Positions 49,231-60,117 of a stretch of 64,000 nucleotides of DNA are shown here, piece by piece; the stretch's first letter is position 1; every line of letters begins with the position of its first letter. A program made the translations under genes and the position numbers. Under the pieces are notes generated by a model. That model did no database searches. It had not been told where the DNA came from and saw nothing but the letters and a program-made list of their open reading frames with translations. Source of the stretch: Rhizodiscina lignyota (Eukaryota); the NCBI GenBank assembly GCA_010015805.1, contig ML978122.1, forward strand, positions 1,522,453 through 1,586,452, read 5' to 3'.

Positions 49231-50574
49231 ATGCTGGTCATTTCGTGGGCACTTCCGCTTTTGATCGCCGTCACAGAGGCAAGGAGCCTCTATCACAGGT
49301 CGCTTCGAAAGAAAGACAGTAGCCATGAGCTCTCACCGAGACATGAACTCGACTCCTCTGCTGGACAGCAAGGCGACTCTGCATTGGCGGCACTTTTGCA
49401 AGCTCTCGGGTTAGATCCCAGTGGAGGTCAAGACCAAGGTCAAGACCAATCTGGTGGACAAGGCCAAGGATTCGGCGGAGACGGCCAGGGCCAAAGCGGA
49501 GGTCAAAATGCAGGTCAAGGAGCTCAAGGAGCTCAAGGAGGTGGACAGCAGGATGGCCAAGGCAATGGAGGTCAAGAAGGAGGATTTGGCGGAGATCAGC
49601 AAGGCGGTCAAAATGGAACACAGCACGGCGGAGGGCAAAATGGTGGTCAAAATGGTGGACAAGGTGGTGGTAATGAGGGGGGCCAGAATGGCGGACAGGG
49701 CAGTGGATCTGGCAGTGCTCAACCATCTGGTCAAGGCCAGGGAGGATTTGGAGGTGGATTTGGAGGTGGAGAGGGCCATGGACATGGCGGTCGTCATGGA
49801 CATGGTGGTGACAAGAATTGCACGCAGGGACAAGACGGTGGAGGCCTCGGCGGCGGCCAAGGAGGTGGAAGTACCAGAGGTGGTGGAAATGGCCAAGGAC
49901 GCGGAGGACAGTCGACGCTGACACAGTTCGCAGCGACGAGCACGATAACTATCTCTCCAAATGCGGGCGGAGGACTTGGAGGGACGGCCGTATCCGCTGC
50001 ACCAGGAGCGCAAACCGACTCAACATCGCTGTCCTCATTGTCTGGCAACGTTTCAGTATCTGCTTCTGCCTCCGCTGGCGATGATGGTTCTCGTACAGTC
50101 GTTCTGACATTCCGACCTGGGCAGAGCGACGCCAGTACGACAACACTGTCACCTGCAGGCGCGACTTCTCAACCCGCTGGAAGCTCATCGGCTCCTTCTG
50201 CGCCCGCCATAACCAGCTCAGCGACGTCATCTAACGCCACAGCCAGCACATCTACGTCTGGTCAGATTATCATCACCAACGTCGGAGGCTCATCAACCAG
50301 CATCCTCGCAACGGTGGCGTCTGACCCAACAGTAGCTCCAGTACCGTCACTGACGATTACAGTAACACCACGGGCTTCCGAAGCGCCATCAGTGGTACCC
50401 CCGTCTGTCGACCCGGATTCTTTGTCGAGTACCATCACTTTCAGTCTCGGTAGCGACGGAAGAGATCCAACATCCGCAGCGGCGACAAAGGCCAGCGTCA
50501 TTACCATCTCAGAGCTTGCCGTGGGAGGTACGAGCGTCGTCACCACCAGCATCGTCGCTACAGTTGCCGCTTAA
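49231..50574 (+). CDS. Secreted Gly/Gln/Asn-rich and Ser/Thr-rich protein
   Basis: Signal peptide MLVISWALPLLIAVTEA, basic RKK site, GGQN/GQGG repeats, a GHG cluster and a mucin-like C-terminal half. Confidence 0.85.
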   Translation: MLVISWALPLLIAVTEARSLYHRSLRKKDSSHELSPRHELDSSAGQQGDSALAALLQALGLDPSGGQDQGQDQSGGQGQGFGGDGQGQSGGQNAGQGAQGAQGGGQQDGQGNGGQEGGFGGDQQGGQNGTQHGGGQNGGQNGGQGGGNEGGQNGGQGSGSGSAQPSGQGQGGFGGGFGGGEGHGHGGRHGHGGDKNCTQGQDGGGLGGGQGGGSTRGGGNGQGRGGQSTLTQFAATSTITISPNAGGGLGGTAVSAAPGAQTDSTSLSSLSGNVSVSASASAGDDGSRTVVLTFRPGQSDASTTTLSPAGATSQPAGSSSAPSAPAITSSATSSNATASTSTSGQIIITNVGGSSTSILATVASDPTVAPVPSLTITVTPRASEAPSVVPPSVDPDSLSSTITFSLGSDGRDPTSAAATKASVITISELAVGGTSVVTTSIVATVAA

Positions 50575-50672
50575 GTTGAATTTGCAGTATGTTCGCGTTC
50601 CAGCGCTTAGGGATTGGCGTTTTTAGATATATCCCTCCTCTTAGAGTCATTAAAACAGAGCATACCTCGATA

Positions 50673-51688
50673 TCATGATATAACATCTCCGGACTGTTTC
50701 TGAATCTGTCTCCACACGTTTGCCCATACTCCTGGCGCATCACTGTTCTTGCTGCCCCTCTCATTGCTCATGTCAATGAAGAATTTGTTCCTCGGCTCGT
50801 CCAGTCTCGCCACAAGCCGCCGCCACGGCGATGCCCCCTTCTCCAGCCTATCCTTTATGATCCTGCCACTAGCATCCACATTCTCTCTACGAAGGTTTGC
50901 AAAACTGCCCCACCAGCGGGGCCTTATCGCTCGGAGCTCGCCCAGCTTCAGCGTTGTAGTCTTCGCCGCGCCATACCATCTAATCGTGACAATCTGCAAC
51001 GGTGCGTCTTTCTTCAAATTCTCGGTATATCGCATCAGTGTATCTTTATTCACTCTGGCACTCGGTGCGGCAACGCCTAGAAATACGCGTGCGACGAATG
51101 GCGCGTACGCAAAGGCGGTGAAGAACAGCGGGATGAAGCCGCAGACTGTTATGGGGTTTAGCGACACGAATGTAGATGATATGGCGCCTAGCCAGCCGTT
51201 CGATTGAGGGTCACCGTATACGAGAGGGGCGATGATGGCGGAGCAACCGACGGCGCAGAAGACGGTGAGCGACTTGAGCCATGCTATGAAGACGATTTTG
51301 GATCTTGAGGCGGAGTAGATGAGGAGATGAGAAGGATAGGCTTTAAGAAAATTAGCATTAGTTGAACCGAAATTGTCTCGGGGAGAGCCTTAGAGGGAAT
51401 ACCTGGCGCCTTCGGACCATAGCGAGTTGGCTCCTGGTGGTCTTCTGGATTGATATTCGGCGTCTTTCGCCTTGGCTGCGCAGCTTCCTGTTGATCTGCT
51501 GGTCTGATTCTTGAAGGCGGCGTCTGAGAGCGCTGGGCTAAGCTAGGCCGTGCTGGTTGAGCTTTCCTCGATGCCGATGTTTTTGACCTCGTCGACGCAT
51601 TTGCTCTACATCCAATTGGATGCGTGAGAGCACTTCGAGTCCTTAAGAAGCCTCTCAACCTAAGTGCTGCTCCATTCAGAAGAGACAT
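50673..51688 (-). CDS. Putative mitochondrial membrane protein (TMEM70/186/223-like topology)
   Basis: Arg-rich presequence-like N-terminus. Intron 51341-51402 joins to AYPSHLLIYSASRSKIVFIAWLKSLTVF, two hydrophobic helices and APFVARVFL. The family call is tentative. Confidence 0.7.
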
Positions 51689-52167
51689 TATAGTGTGTCG
51701 TCCGTTTGTCTGCGCATAGCATCAATTAGGGAAGTGGACGTTAGGAGACGCGATGCTAGATGGGACAGAAGGAACTTGTTTCGCGAAACTAGAGGTATGA
51801 GAATGTTAAGACGACAATTCACTAATGGAATACAAGGCACATGGCAAGATGTTGTATAATCAAGTGCATAAGTAGTGAACTGAGCAATGAGAAGTTGGAT
51901 GTCAAGACATGCATGTCGTCTAAACCTCCGAAGACCTTGAAGCTCCGACCAATCAGCGCGTACGTGAAATTTTATGTCCATCCATCTTCCGCAATGTCGT
52001 GTGCACGTCAAAGACACATAGTTCCCTCAACCCGACGCGCAATTACACACCTCGACAATCTCTCAAAAGCTTCATCACCCTCAGAATACCCCATCAAGAC
52101 AACCAGCTGCCGCATGGCCGCCAATTGAACTCCTCGATCCTTCCGCCGCACCTCCGTCCTCACCACC

Positions 52168-53226
52168 ATGTCCCTCCAAAACCTCGCTCACGTCTGCTCG
52201 CACCTGCAGAACGCATCTCGCGGGCGCCTCGGCATCACCTCCATCTCCCTCACAAAGCTGCATCTCGCGCTCGCGCTATGCCTGCAGAAGCAGGGCTTCA
52301 TCTCGACGGTGCAGATAGGCGGGCAGAAACCGCCGGAGCCGCTGCGCGACACCATCCTCCCGCAGGACGCGCAGACGCTCACGTACGACGAATACCGGGA
52401 CCTGATGGACCTGTTCTCTGAGAACAAGGAGGCACGGAGGCACATGCCGTGGCACCATGTGCCAGAGCGGCCGAAGGGCGACATCAACGCACTCGGATCA
52501 GACATACTCTACGCCATACACAACTCCTCGGCCGAGCAGCGCGCCGCGTCAAGGACGTCAGAAGTGCGAGACGTCGACGCCTCATCCCCAGAAGCCCCGG
52601 AACCGACTCCTACTCCACCGTCAATACAAGACGGCGAAGCCCTCCCCACCCTCAGCGAAGAGCAGTACGCCCTCAAGCCGTGGATGTTCCTCTACCGCAA
52701 CGCCTCGCCCCTCCCACTGACCTCCTACCTCACCAACCCCTCCCTCTTCACCACCAACACCTCGCAGCGCCTCCTCTCCTTCGAGCGCTGGCAGGCGTCG
52801 CAGAACGCGCTCGCCCACGGCCACCAGTCGTCGTCCGCCGCGCATCTCGCGCTCCAGCCGTGGGACGCGTATCCCGACCCGCACCCCTTCTGGCGGAGCT
52901 ACCGCGCCGCGCCGAATCCGTGGGCGCTGATCCCCGCGAACCCAGCGCAGCGGCGGCTGTGGCTGGGCCTGAAGTACTGGAACAACGAGCCGGTCATCGG
53001 CAGCATGGGGCTGGTGAGCAAGCCGACGCGGAAGGTGACGCTGAGGCTGCTGGACCTGGGCAAGCTGGTGCAGGGGATGAACGCGAAGAGCGAGAAGGGG
53101 GTGATTGTGCGGGGCCTGAACAAGGTCGGAGAGTGTCTGTTTGTGCGGACGCCGTTGGGGATGTTGGAGGCGAGGGAGTGTGTGCAGAGGAGGGTTGGGG
53201 GGATGGCCATGTGTAGAGTATCGTGA
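52168..53226 (+). CDS. MRPS8: Mitochondrial ribosomal protein uS8m with a long internal insertion
   Basis: MSLQNLAHVCSHLQNAS...LQKQGFIS and RRLWLGLKYWNNEPV...LVSKPTR...GECLFV...EARECVQRRVGG...CRV. Confidence 0.93.
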   Translation: MSLQNLAHVCSHLQNASRGRLGITSISLTKLHLALALCLQKQGFISTVQIGGQKPPEPLRDTILPQDAQTLTYDEYRDLMDLFSENKEARRHMPWHHVPERPKGDINALGSDILYAIHNSSAEQRAASRTSEVRDVDASSPEAPEPTPTPPSIQDGEALPTLSEEQYALKPWMFLYRNASPLPLTSYLTNPSLFTTNTSQRLLSFERWQASQNALAHGHQSSSAAHLALQPWDAYPDPHPFWRSYRAAPNPWALIPANPAQRRLWLGLKYWNNEPVIGSMGLVSKPTRKVTLRLLDLGKLVQGMNAKSEKGVIVRGLNKVGECLFVRTPLGMLEARECVQRRVGGMAMCRVS

Positions 53227-53617
53227 GGGGATTTGTTTGTACTATGTTGGACTAGGTGGGATGTATATATCTTTGCTTGTAAGTATAGCAGTGGATACGG
53301 CTGAGAATTCGAAGACTACTCCAATTGCGAAAGGACTCCTTTGAAAGGTAGTTCTGCTCTGCGTGTAAGAATTACAAAATAGGGCTGCGCCGAATGTCGA
53401 AGAGGTATATGCAATGGCATTCTTCCCGCCCGCTGGCTTGCGATCCAAAAAAAAAAGAAGAAAAAAAGAAAAAAGAGAAATCATCGTTCCATGCAAATCA
53501 TCGCCTTCGTACCCGTCAGGGCTGTGTCGATATTTCCCAAGTCCCAGTAACGCCTCGCTTCCAAGTACACAGAAATCCTTCCTTTTATCCCATCACATTT
53601 GCGTTCGCTTTGTACAA

Positions 53618-55438
53618 TCACCCTTCATGCTGAGACCGCTCCCCCATGTCACCACTCTCGCCTGTTGGCGCTCCACTCGTAGCGCCGCCAGGACTTCTCA
53701 GAGGACTTGGGTTCTCGCTCACCCTGATACTAGGTACGTGGGTAATGGCGGGTAGCTGCGGTGCTCTTTGCCTGACAGGGCTCTCATAATCCGGCGGCTG
53801 ACCAAACTCAGTCGCAGCAAGATGCTCGTAGTATGGCGGGTGGTCGATTGGTGTCTCCATAGTTTCCGGTGCAGTCTGCGACCTGCTCAAGTCTACTTCG
53901 TCTAAATCTACCGTTATCGTAGGAGCGTCATTTGCTGTAATAGAGTGCGATAGACGAGATGCGCTGGCTGCACGTGAGTGCGGACGCGGTGTGGTGCTGC
54001 GATCCCCATTCGGCGTATCAGCCGTAGAGTGTAAGCTTACGACCTCGAAATCCGGGCTGGAATTCTGCGTGTTCTGCGTCACTCCAGACCCACTCCTCCC
54101 ACGTCCGCGTACACTAAAATCGTCGGGCGGGGGTGCGAATGGCGGGTGGTACACATTTCCTGGCTCGTCGTCATCCGTGCCGGCACTCGAGAGCGAGAAG
54201 ACGGAACTGGCGCTGCGGTTTCGATGATGGATGCTCAACGCGTCCAGAGTACTGAGTGTTCCTCTTCTGCCGCCAGCGTCGCCGCCCATATCCGCAGCAC
54301 TGTCCAGGAGCGGCCGGTTGTCTTCGCTGCGTGCGGAGGCGTTACTGCCAGCGCGAACTCTGCTGCCATCATGCCTTGCAACACCAAGCTCGGCATACTG
54401 CACGCTGCTGACGCGCCTTTGCCTTTCCCTTCTTGCGGCCTCCTCTTGATGCTCCGCGATTAACCGTGCAGCACTGCGTTGGCCTTCCGGATCTTCGCCC
54501 AACAATTGCCTCTCTTGCTGCTGTCGCCTGTCTCGCTCTTCAACACGCAGCCGCTCCACCTCTGCCCAATCACCTCTCGTGCGTGCCTCTCGGCGTAACC
54601 TCCTTCGTTCCTCTCGCTCTGCTGCTTCTGCACGGCGTGCACGGCGGATCTGGTAGAGCGATTCCATCTCTTCTTCACGGCGGCCCTCGACTTCATCTGT
54701 GCTCTCAGGAAACTCGAGTACGACGTCTATTCCTCCTCTTTCGCCTTCACGCCCAAGGATTTGCTCGGTCTCACGCGCCGAGGGAGTGTACGCTGGAAGC
54801 GTCATGATACTCCTGACGGAAGTATGCCTGTCCACTGCAGTCTGATTGTCTGCGGGTGTCCCTCTCGTGCCTGCCTCTACACCTCTTTCCACTGTAGCGC
54901 CAATCGTGCCAGTCTCACGAGACCTGCTCGAGTCTCTGGTCCGCAGCTCCTCCAGCGCAGGACTGTGGCTCCGACTGTTACGCCCGCTCCGAGGCGAAGG
55001 CCGTAATGACGGTGCGGATGCATCTGGTTGTAGGCGATCCGAGTATTGACCGCGGTTTCTGTTGCTTATGCTTGCCCATCGACGCCATCGGTTCTTCAAC
55101 GCGTTGCCTGGTAGGTATTTCGGCGACGCATTTCGGTTGCGAAGTCTGCGGGCGATGAAGTAGGATGCGACCAAGAGGACTATGACAACGATGACTATAA
55201 CGACGACCTGATGTACAGATAAAATCAGCTTATATGATTCTTGGAAGATTCTGATATGCGGGCGGTGAAGGGGAGGGTGGAGCAGGACTGGAATGTAAAT
55301 GCTTACGACTATTATAATGGTCTTCGAGGAGCCTCCAGACTTGTCATCCGAAGAAGTGTCGTCCGCACGAGCGTAGAGGACGTGATCGACAGCATGTTGG
55401 AATGCTCCACCGTCTTCGCTTGAGCGTGGGACGTGCAT
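53618..55438 (-). CDS. Single-pass membrane protein with a disordered, Arg-rich cytosolic tail
   Basis: Intron 55208-55306 (GTAAGC...CTGAT...CAG); its removal yields one continuous TM helix. Motifs PKYLPG, DRHTSVRSIMTLPAY, LGREGERGGIDVVLEFPE, RRVSSVQY and PPxY-like PPYY/PPDY. Confidence 0.82.
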   Translation of the reverse strand: MHVPRSSEDGGAFQHAVDHVLYARADDTSSDDKSGGSSKTIIIVVSIYIPVLLHPPLHRPHIRIFQESYKLILSVHQVVVIVIVVIVLLVASYFIARRLRNRNASPKYLPGNALKNRWRRWASISNRNRGQYSDRLQPDASAPSLRPSPRSGRNSRSHSPALEELRTRDSSRSRETGTIGATVERGVEAGTRGTPADNQTAVDRHTSVRSIMTLPAYTPSARETEQILGREGERGGIDVVLEFPESTDEVEGRREEEMESLYQIRRARRAEAAEREERRRLRREARTRGDWAEVERLRVEERDRRQQQERQLLGEDPEGQRSAARLIAEHQEEAARRERQRRVSSVQYAELGVARHDGSRVRAGSNASARSEDNRPLLDSAADMGGDAGGRRGTLSTLDALSIHHRNRSASSVFSLSSAGTDDDEPGNVYHPPFAPPPDDFSVRGRGRSGSGVTQNTQNSSPDFEVVSLHSTADTPNGDRSTTPRPHSRAASASRLSHSITANDAPTITVDLDEVDLSRSQTAPETMETPIDHPPYYEHLAATEFGQPPDYESPVRQRAPQLPAITHVPSIRVSENPSPLRSPGGATSGAPTGESGDMGERSQHEG

Positions 55439-57049
55439 GGCGACGCTCGTCGGCAACGCTCCTCAGTATCACAGGCGTAGTCTGCGATGAACGCCCGTAG
55501 GGCAGAAATTTGCAGGTTTCAAGTCGGTGATGGCTGAAGGAAGATGGTCACAGCATGGATGGAGCGTCGAGTGGGTGATTGCGTATGGTGTACCAAGGAT
55601 TCGAGTAAGGTTCCAGGTTTCTTTTTACTAGGCAGCTTCGCGCGTGGATCCGGGCTGTCAGCTCCACTAAACGCGAGTTGAGCGACTCGATGTAGTACAG
55701 CGAGGGGAAAGCGAAAAATGTTTCAGGAGTCAGATAGTTAATACTATCAGATCAAGGTGGGAATAGACGCCATGAGCGAGAAAAAGGCTAGAAATCAATG
55801 CCACTCAGCCCCGGCGGCGGTTCAGTTCGTGCAGGAGTGGTGGCGCGGAGCTGGCCCTGCAGGCTTGCTTGCTGAAGATGGGTAAGACGCGATCGTTATT
55901 GGGCCCGTCGTCGAGGTGAGATGAGGCGCGCAGAACGTGAGCCCGACGGCGCGATGGATTGGAGTTATAGTAGTTTTGCTCGGAGGAGATGGAGAAGAAG
56001 CAGCAGGATGGGATTGTTGCATTTGCCCAGGCGCAAGGTCGAGCTGCTTGCTCCTCCTTCCTTAGGAGCACTGCGTCTTGCAAGCCTGCCGCTCTCTATT
56101 TTTAGCCCCCACAGAGGAGCATCGCACGTGGAGTCTATCAAGGCACATTGGCTGCATTCCCTCTGCGCGGCTCGATAAAGGCACGTCAGACACTGCCTCC
56201 AGCAAGGCAATTGATCCTCATGCACACGCAAGCGCTCACAACAGTATTCATAATGCACCGTCAGCCTGATCTTTGGGCGGCTTGAGAAGACGGCATAGCA
56301 GGACTGTGTGGCTGGAGGCAACCGACAGCTGCAGTGTGCGGTGCACAGCTAACCCCATCTCGTGTGGCGCGTACCCAAACGGTAGGTACTTCCGTACCAT
56401 CGCTGGCTCGGCTACATACCGGTGGCGATAGCTCAAATACCCCTTGCTTCCTGCACCCGAATTCATCAATTCGGACACGCGAGAGAAGGGAAGCTATTGA
56501 AGACTATACGGAGTAACATCAACTAAGTGGGTTTGTCTCGAGCACTCCTCAGAGAGAAGGGGTAAGCGGTTCGACTTGTACCATGGATAAACGCAATGAT
56601 TCCATTATTTCCCTTCTTCCCTATCTCTTCCGAGCAAAACTCTCCTACCACTTTCCATCTATTGTGTCCGACTTCTACTAATAGCTTAGTAGATGCTCAG
56701 GATGTGGAATACCAAATATGACTAGAACTCCACTTGGCGAAATGGCTGACGATACTCCAGACTTGTCGAGTGGAGTTTCTGTGGAATTCTATTCACCTTG
56801 CTTTGGACACAGTCAAACACGGGTTTCAATGACAGTTTACGTTGCATCTTGCAGCTGAGGAAAAGTGTTATGAGAGGCCATATGTACTCTCCATTAACCC
56901 TACACCAGAAACCGTCCCCATATCCACCAAATCATCTTGTACGCCGTCCGTCAATAGAACACCGAACATCCAGTCAGAGAAAAATCAAATGTTAGCGTCT
57001 CCAACGCCAGACTATATCCTTCGCTTTACATCCATCATCCTATGCCAGT

Positions 57050-59248
57050 TCAGCCCATACTACCACCACTTCTGCTAGAGTCATTAATGATCCCAGCCAT
57101 CCTCAGCAGCTCACGATCCGTTTCCTGGTCCCCAGTACCAAGGTTGATTCTTCTCCTCCTCTCCGCCTCCGCCTCTTCCCACTTCCACGCCTGTCTCTGT
57201 TCCTCAGCTTGAGCCTCTCCACCGACGCCCCACACCTCTAGCGCGTCAATCTCAAATCTGTCCTGCCAGTCCCCCGCCGTGGGCAGACCAGTGCCTTGCG
57301 GCAGTTTTGACGAGTGGAAAGAGCCTCCGCCAGAAGTGAGATGAGTGAACACGCCAAACTCGAGACCGTCGTCGAGATGCAGAGATACCGGTCCGATGGG
57401 ATAGTGCACATCTCCCAGCCAGCTTGCCCTGCGAGCTAGACGATGGCCTCCTTGAGCGGCTGATGCACCTGCAGAAGATCCCGAGGATGGCACTGGGCTA
57501 CCGAAGCCAATGCCAGTGAATGTTGCAGGAGGTTTGCAGAAGTAAACGTGGTCTGGAGCGTGAGACGAAGATGACGCCTTGAACACGGCGTGATGGGGAG
57601 TCAATTGGAACAGGACTGTTTGGTCATTCGTGATTGAGAGCTTCGGCGTTGATTTCCAAGGCGTTGGGTTGTATGCACCGTAGGTGACTCGCTGTTTAAC
57701 AGTTGGAGCTTCAGCAGCCGCTGCTCCGTGGCTTGTCGGTAAACGTTTTGGAGGCAGAGACTCCACGAATGCCCTGGAACGAGGTGTATTCGGCGTAGCT
57801 GGAAGTAAAGCCCCTGAGACTAGAAGTATAGTCGGTGCTTGCCATTTGAAGACCGACTTTTCGAAGGATCCGAGACTAAAACCGGCAATATTTCCTGAGT
57901 AAAGCGGTTGCATGTGTCTGAATAGGGGGCTTTGTCCTTTGATAAAGAATGATAGCTGGCTCAGGACAGTAACATCCATGATGTCGCTCTCCTGTGGGAG
58001 CAATGGTTCCCTGGGAACTAGAGGCCTTTCCGGAATAGGAGGTTCAAAGACTGGGGCGTCTTCATGTATTGAAAGCTGTCCGAATTGGCCCATAGAGAAT
58101 GAGACTTTGCGTCTCGGCATGTCCATCGAGCCCCTTGAAGACCTGCGAGCAGTAGGCGATGGCGGCAACTCCGTTGAGGCACGAGATAGCTTTGGCGATG
58201 GAGGTCCCGTCAATGTGGTGGTTGACTCCTTTCGTTTGGAGAGATCAAAGTCTTTGTCAAAGAGGAAATGCTCGAAAAGAGGGGACAAGCCGTCAAAGAG
58301 GTTTGGGAGCGAGGCTGTGACAACCGCATCGAAATTCTTATACGTGACGCCTGGATTCTTCTCCGGGCCGAATGACGACAGTATATTGTTTGCAGTGATG
58401 CGGAGATTCTCCAGCCGCTTCTCGTCAAGCTCAGCGCCGTATGTTGCGAGATTGTCCTGGCTTTCAAGAGGCGCTATGAGCAGGAGAAACTCCAGCATCT
58501 TGAGCAGATTGTCGCTGGGTATGATTGAATGTTGAATGTTGCCCTTCTCACCAAGCTTAAATGCTTCAGTCGCATCCAGGCTCTCAAAAGCTGCCAACAT
58601 AAGCTCGTCGTCCTCCTCTTCCTGGCCCACTTCATCCTCGTCGCCCGCCGGCTTGTCAATGGCAAAGCCCTGGCCATTGGCGGTTTCATGCGTTGATTCT
58701 TCCTGGGCCGCGTCTCCCTCTTGACCCTCCGTAGCCTGTTCTCCTGCTGTATGATTGTCGTACACCGCCAAACTTCTGTATAACTCCCTATACCATTCCC
58801 TCCTCGGCCTCTTTAGCACCGTCTTCTGCCTCTCCGTCAGGATTGTAACAACCTTGAGCAGCGCATCGCTCGTCAATATGGCAGGTGCCTGGCTAGGAAA
58901 CGGGAAGGCGCCCAGGTAGCTGGCCATCTGGAAGATGATTGGGCCAGTTGCCAGGGCATCCGGAATCTCGAGGAACTTGCATAGTGTACTCTCTTTCCAG
59001 AAGTGCACTCCGGACTCCTGCTCGGCGAGAGACTTGAAGACGGAGCGGAAGGAGTAGATCTCGAGCGGGGAGTAGCATTTGTTGGCGAAAAGCTGTGTGA
59101 GGCGGTTATTGAGTTCCTCTGCGGGTTCCCGTTAGCTCTAGCTCAGCTCTTGCGATGTATGACGTTGTAGCTTGAATATGCTGCCTGGCTCAACAGCCCA
59201 AATATACTCACCTATAGAGGCTTGCGGGACAGAAGATCCTTGACCCAT
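57050..59248 (-). CDS. RTC5: TLDc-domain protein Rtc5
   Basis: N-terminal MGQGSS (myristoylation-like); intron 59119-59211; CYSPLEIYSFRSVFKSLA. TLDc motifs LYSG...GFSLGSFEKSVFKWQAPTILLVSG and FEIDALEVWGVG; C-terminal DRELLRMAGII. Confidence 0.92.
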
Positions 59249-59472
59249 ACTTGGCGAGTTTTAGCTCGCTTTTGCGCGAGCGAACATTTCACATAAGAAG
59301 GGAGAACCGGTGTGGTGGTAGAATGATCGTACACTTGCAGCGCGAGGTGGGGTCGTTCGCAGCTTTGTAGGCCGCAGATCTGGGGAAGCCCTGCCCCACG
59401 TCAAGGTCCCGCTCTGCCTTATCAAGTTATCACCGTCCAAAAGCAACGCACGACGCCTCTTCGCGGGTAGTC

Positions 59473-60009
59473 ATGATTGTCCATGATGTCAATTGTCACT
59501 GTCAAGCCGTGAAATGCACATTTGAAGTCGACGTCCCTTTAGAAGAGAGGGAGATCGTGGTCTGTAACTGTATGGTCCTCTACCAATGAGGATCCAGCAT
59601 CTCGACATATGCCCAGGCTCTATATGCACGAAGAACGGATACATCAATGTGTATACGAAGAATGATCGTATCAAATTCGAACATGGCCGCGGCATGCTCA
59701 ACGCAAGATATGCATTCCATCCTAGTTGCAGCTCCCTATTTTAACAACAGCGCTATGCGTTTGAGCCAAATACCTTGTGCCACATGTTTTGCTGGAAGTG
59801 ACATGTTGATTGAAGTTACGGATGCAGAAAATCCTACTGAAGCGTTGGGAACTACCGGTGTCAATATACGTGGGACCATTATTGACCCAAAGCTTGCTCG
59901 TCCTCTGGGTCCGTACTAGCTGCGTCAGGCGAGGGACATCGATTTATCTAAACTGAGGATCCGCGAAGTTGATGGACGTTCGAGAGTTCAGCCGTACATT
60001 GTGATGTGA
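59473..60009 (+). pseudogene. GFA/CENP-V (Mss4-like) family gene, apparently disrupted
   Basis: MIVHDVNCHCQAVKC...CNC|SICTKNGYINVY...RYAF...HMFC, then a frame change to GSDMLIE...GVN and LRQARDIDLSKLRIREVDG. Frameshift near 59793; expected donor reads ATACGT at 59866. Confidence 0.75.
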
Positions 60010-60117
60010 ACCAAGAGGTCAGAGGTAGACGATTAATTTCATGTATTTCGGCTAAGACTGTACACAGAATTTACAAGACAAAGGCCAACCCGACGCCATT
60101 GCTTGCTTGTCGACGGT

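Noticed and set aside
49271..50013. His-rich and Leu/Ser/Thr-rich ORFs overlapping the Gly-rich gene
   Set aside because: Products of the repetitive GGN/CAA codons read in other frames or on the other strand.
52449..53216. 255-aa Arg/Pro/Ala-rich overlapping ORF in MRPS8
   Set aside because: Alternative frame kept open by high GC3.
53447..53480. A-rich tract considered as a retroelement tail
   Set aside because: It lies in the 3' UTR region of the minus-strand gene (U-rich); no TSD or element body.
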